A stretch of DNA of 39,778 bases, taken from positions 24,676,314 to 24,716,091 of the forward strand of contig NC_069001.1 in NCBI RefSeq assembly GCF_001194135.2, written 5' to 3'. Both the position numbers and the translations under genes were made by a program. Below, piece after piece: positions 36,160 through 39,778 of this stretch (position 1 is its first letter; each line of letters opens with the position of its first letter). The notes under the pieces were generated by a model that saw nothing but the letters and a program-made list of their open reading frames with translations, made no database searches and was not told where the DNA came from. Source of the DNA: Octopus bimaculoides. Lineage: Eukaryota.

Positions 36160-36480
36160 TAGGGGCAAGCAAATAGGAAATAACGGTTGCTGGTATCCAT
36201 GGACAAAAATCGTATTACACAGTGTAGTAGTAACTTAATGGATTAATAAAATGAGTGATGATATTGAAAACCTGTTGTGCATAAATCTTAGAAAGAAAAA
36301 ATTTAGCAAACAGCATGACAAATCAATTGTATAGGGCAAGGAATTTTTATTGATGATTTACGTGCGTTTTGCTAAAGGAAAGAAAACCTACGAAGAAATT
36401 CTATTCGATGAATTTTGGAAAACAGACATAAAGAAACAATCTTTTAAAAATTATAAAATGCGGCCTTGAAGATAAAATGT
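36160..36480 (+). mobile_element. hAT (Buster/Charlie-like) transposase relic, copy 1
   Basis: INKMSDDIENLLCINLRKKKFSKQHDKSIV*GKEFLLMIYVRF...YEEILF (36242-36405; cf. RIDEMS.DIE.QL..L...FS.QLDEST...ALL..YVRF..EE.LF). Confidence 0.78.
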
Positions 36481-37251
36481 TTCATTTCATGCGTTTACCC
36501 TCACATTCTATCAAAGACGTACACGTTACGTTTTTTTCCTTCGGATGAGGATGACAGCAGATAGGTAAAAGAACTCCATCTCAATCAAGCCAAGTAACAT
36601 ATTTGATTCTAAATTTATTGTCCCGCTATTTACGAAGACCTTAACGCTGTCGTCAGACTTCCGAAAGAAAACAATTGTTTTATTTTAAATCTATATAAAT
36701 CAATGTTAACTCGAACCGATCAAACTATGCTCCAATAGTTTAAACACTAAGTGTACCAATGCACTCTTTTTCAGTTTGTTAATTGAAAAAAAAAAATCCC
36801 CATCATATTTGAAAAGGATGTAATTAAAATACAGAAACCTCGAATTCAATTTTCCTTTTCGGCTCGAAGGGGAAAAGGAAGATTTTAATTTTTTATTACA
36901 GTGGGGGACCTTCATGCATTTTTCGATTATTCTAACTATGGGCGATTTATTGACTTAGTTATTCATTTATTTTCCTATGGAAGATCATACGCATAAATAT
37001 CTCCCGCTTTTATGAGAATTTTTTCTCTCTGGTTTCCGCCGGAGAAATTATTTTAAACAGTTTATTTATTTTGTTCCTGTGAAAAAATTTAAAGCTACAT
37101 AATTACTTGAATATATTTGATCAAAAATTTTAACAGTTTCTTTTTTCCCTCTCGATATTGGTGACATGAAAAAAAAAATGGCTTTTAAATTTTAGATATT
37201 TCTTACTATTTTCAGCATGCAAGAAATCTCATGAAAATCGTTCATGTAGTT

Positions 37252-39778
37252 ATGCCAATAGATAAACAAGACAAAACAAAAGCTAACAGAGAAAACAAAA
37301 AGAGAATCTGCCATCTTCATATAAACTGATTGCTCTATGGATTTATCACTCTGACTTCGGATCATTGGCATCGTGCATCTTCTTTATTCTGAAAATATTA
37401 CATCAAATGAAGCGCTATAAAAACATCAGGTCTAGAATATCACCTCTCGTGAAATTACTCATAATAATGTTTATATGATATATTATGGTTCCAGAAAGTG
37501 ACGTAGGCATTTGAATGATGCCTTATTCTAAATATATCTTTATAATTCTGATCCAAGTACTGAAAATCACTTCATTACTCCATGCTCTTAGCTAAACATG
37601 GCAACCAGCACTTAGTTGTAGAGTCTGAAATAATGTCATTCTTTTCTATTCTAGGCACAAGGCTCGAAATTTTAGGACAGGGGGCAACTCGATTAGATCG
37701 AACCCAGTACGCAACCGGTACTTAATTTATCGGCCTCGAAAGGATGAAAAGCAAAGTCGACCTCGGTGGAATTTGAACTAAGAACGTAAAGACAGGCGGA
37801 ATACTGCTAAGCATTTCGCCTGACGTACTAACGTAGCTTGTTTATTTATTGCCCACAAGGGGCTAAACATAGAGGGGACAAACAAAGGGATTAAGTCGAT
37901 TACATCGACCCCAGTGCGTAACTGGNNNNNNNNNNNNNNNNNNNNNNNNNNNNNNNNNNNNNNNNNNNNNNNNNNNNNNNNNNNNNNNNNNNNNNNNNNN
38001 NNNNNNNNNNNNNNNNNNNNNNNNNNNNNNNNNNNNNNNNNNNNNNNNNNNNNNNNNNNNNNNNNNNNNNNNNNNNNNNNNNNNNNNNNNNNNNNNNNNN
38101 NNNNNNNNNNNNNNNNNNNNNNNNNNNNNNNNNNNNNNNNNNNNNNNNNNNNNNNNNNNNNNNNNNNNNNNNNNNNNNNNNNNNNNNNNNNNNNNNNNNN
38201 NNNNNNNNNNNNNNNNNNNNNNNNNNNNNNNNNNNNNNNNNNNNNNNNNNNNNNNNNNNNNNNNNNNNNNNNNNNNNNNNNNNNNNNNNNNNNNNNATTT
38301 ATCGACCCCGAAAGGACGAAAAGCAAAGTCGACCTCGGTGGAATTTGAACTAAGAACGTAAAGACAGACGGAATACCGCTAAGCATTTCGCCTGACGTAC
38401 TAACGTAGCTTGTTTCTTTATTGCCCACAAGGGGCTAAACATAGAGGGGACAAACAAAGGGATTAAGTCGATTACATCGACCTCAGTGCGTAACTGGTAC
38501 TTAATTTATCGACCCCGAAAGGATGAAAAGCAAAGTCGACCTCGGCAGAATTTGAACTCAGAACGTAACGGCAGACGAAATACTGCTAACGTTTCTGCCA
38601 GCTCGCCGCCTTGCTCTAAAAATGCCATTGAATAGTGAAACCCTTACCATGGTCCTTAAAGTAGGTAGAGTAATGTTAAAATCGCTTCTTCTCAATAATA
38701 AAAGAGTTGAGGAAATGAGTGGAAATATCGAAAACCAGTTAGTATAAAATTTTAGAAGGGCAGAATTTAATATACATCTTGACAGCTTAACTGTTAGGGG
38801 TAAAGAAGGTTTATTTGTGGCTTATGTGCATTTTGTTAAAGAAAATCCGTGAAGAAATTGTGGGTAACAGATAAAGTAAGAAATAGATTTTGAAGTTCTT
38901 AGAAACATACATTAAAAACAAAATATATTCTGCTTAATTGATATTGCACCCCTCTATTTCCGTTCGCCAAGTTGGGATGATGTCATATAAGAAAAAGAAA
39001 GTAACTGATCTCTTTACAGTCTACTGTGTAATTCATTAACAACACTTAATTGTTAAAGAATAAAAAACATAAGGTGTTATGAAACGTGATCTTAGTAATA
39101 TTGGTTGTAGCAATATCAAAGCGATTGTCTTAAATATAAGGCTGTGTAGTCCTTAATTATCTAAAGATTTCGAGGAAAATTCGAAACACCATTTCTTTAC
39201 ACTTAAGTATCTCAGTCAAAAGAATCCTGCTTGAGACGCTACTCCCAGCTTTACGATAGTATTGTTGAATTTATATCTAAATATCATGAACAACTAACAA
39301 AGGACATTGACTTCATTCCTGGAGATGTGGCTTATTTAGTTGATATTTATAGCAAGATAAATAAACTGGATTTGCAAACGCAAGGAACCAATTTTAACCT
39401 AATACACGCAAAGTATGCAGTTAACATCTTTATAACTAAAATTGAATCGTACAAGCGAAACTTTAACAGAAGGGAGTTCTGTCAGTTTCTGTCAATAAAA
39501 ATACCTTCATAATTATTTACAGATGATAAACTTAGGACCTCCTGCGCACATTTACAATAACGGAAGAAAATTTTGAACGAGATTTACTGACTTGATTAAC
39601 CTGAGGGTTCCTGACTGGGTAGAAAAGAAAAAAAATTCTGCGCAGAATGAAAAAAAAAAAATATTTATAGTAGATCATCATTGATTTACAGAACGATGAA
39701 TAAGTAAAGATGATTTTTAAAGATCAAAGCCTGTGTGAAATGTGGTTGTAATGTAGTCTGAACTATCCTCTGTTGTGG
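37252..39778 (+). mobile_element. hAT (Buster/Charlie, ZBED5/SCAND3-like) transposase pseudogene, copy 2, interrupted by the SINE array and continuing past the window end
   Basis: ATG at 37252; KKRICH..LLYGF; SNEA/KTSGLEYHL (BED-finger-like); AKHGNQH. After the array: LKSLLLNNKRVEEMSGNIENQL..HLDS..VAYVHF; YCVIH*QHL; LYDSIVEF..DVAYLVDIYSKINKLDLQTQG.NFNLIHAK..RREFCQF; FTDLINLRVPDWV; IDLQNDE..YPLLW. Confidence 0.9.
37640..38610 (-). mobile_element. Head-to-tail array of tRNA-derived SINE copies (Deu/Nin-like central domain), ~207-bp period, spanning an N gap
   Basis: The body atttatcgaccccgaaaggatgaaa.gcaaagtcgacctcgg recurs at 37725, 38297 and 38504. An identical chimeric junction (gcctgacgtactaacgtagcttgttt) occurs at ~37818 and ~38390. 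Only the last copy keeps the 5' end (gccagctcgccgcc, 38610). Confidence 0.92.

Noticed and set aside
36630-36662. Minus-strand CTGACGA core
   Set aside because: No paired stem II and no GAAA downstream.
39231-39512. Functional ZBED5/SCAND3-like host gene
   Set aside because: It is a short open stretch within a transposase riddled with stops and frameshifts and interrupted by a SINE array.

Overview
Repeat-dense, AT-rich, non-coding eukaryotic DNA from a gappy scaffold: 13 N-runs total about 6.1 kb, and most are flanked by microsatellites. The SINE families and microsatellite density are most consistent with an octopod cephalopod genome (recognised from memory, not by database search). No host protein-coding gene, tRNA/rRNA gene or CRISPR array can be supported. 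Nearly all long ORFs in the supplied track are artefacts of N-runs or simple repeats. The interpretable content is decayed mobile DNA: a 5'-truncated R4/Dong-like RLE retrotransposon abutting an (AAT)n array; five to six Penelope-like element (PLE) fragments of at least two types; a Helitron relic split into oppositely oriented Rep and helicase parts; a Ty3/Gypsy RNase H-integrase-3'LTR remnant; two hAT (Buster/Charlie-like) transposase relics; several tRNA-derived SINE families, including a ~207-bp-period SINE tandem array; a foldback MITE-like element; and a perfect 23-bp palindrome. The most notable signal is a set of minimal type I hammerhead ribozyme (HHR) motifs of the PLE pseudo-LTR kind on the minus strand. 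One of them (30150-30189) keeps every conserved catalytic-core nucleotide. All protein alignments were made by eye against remembered family consensus motifs, so element boundaries are approximate (tens of bp).
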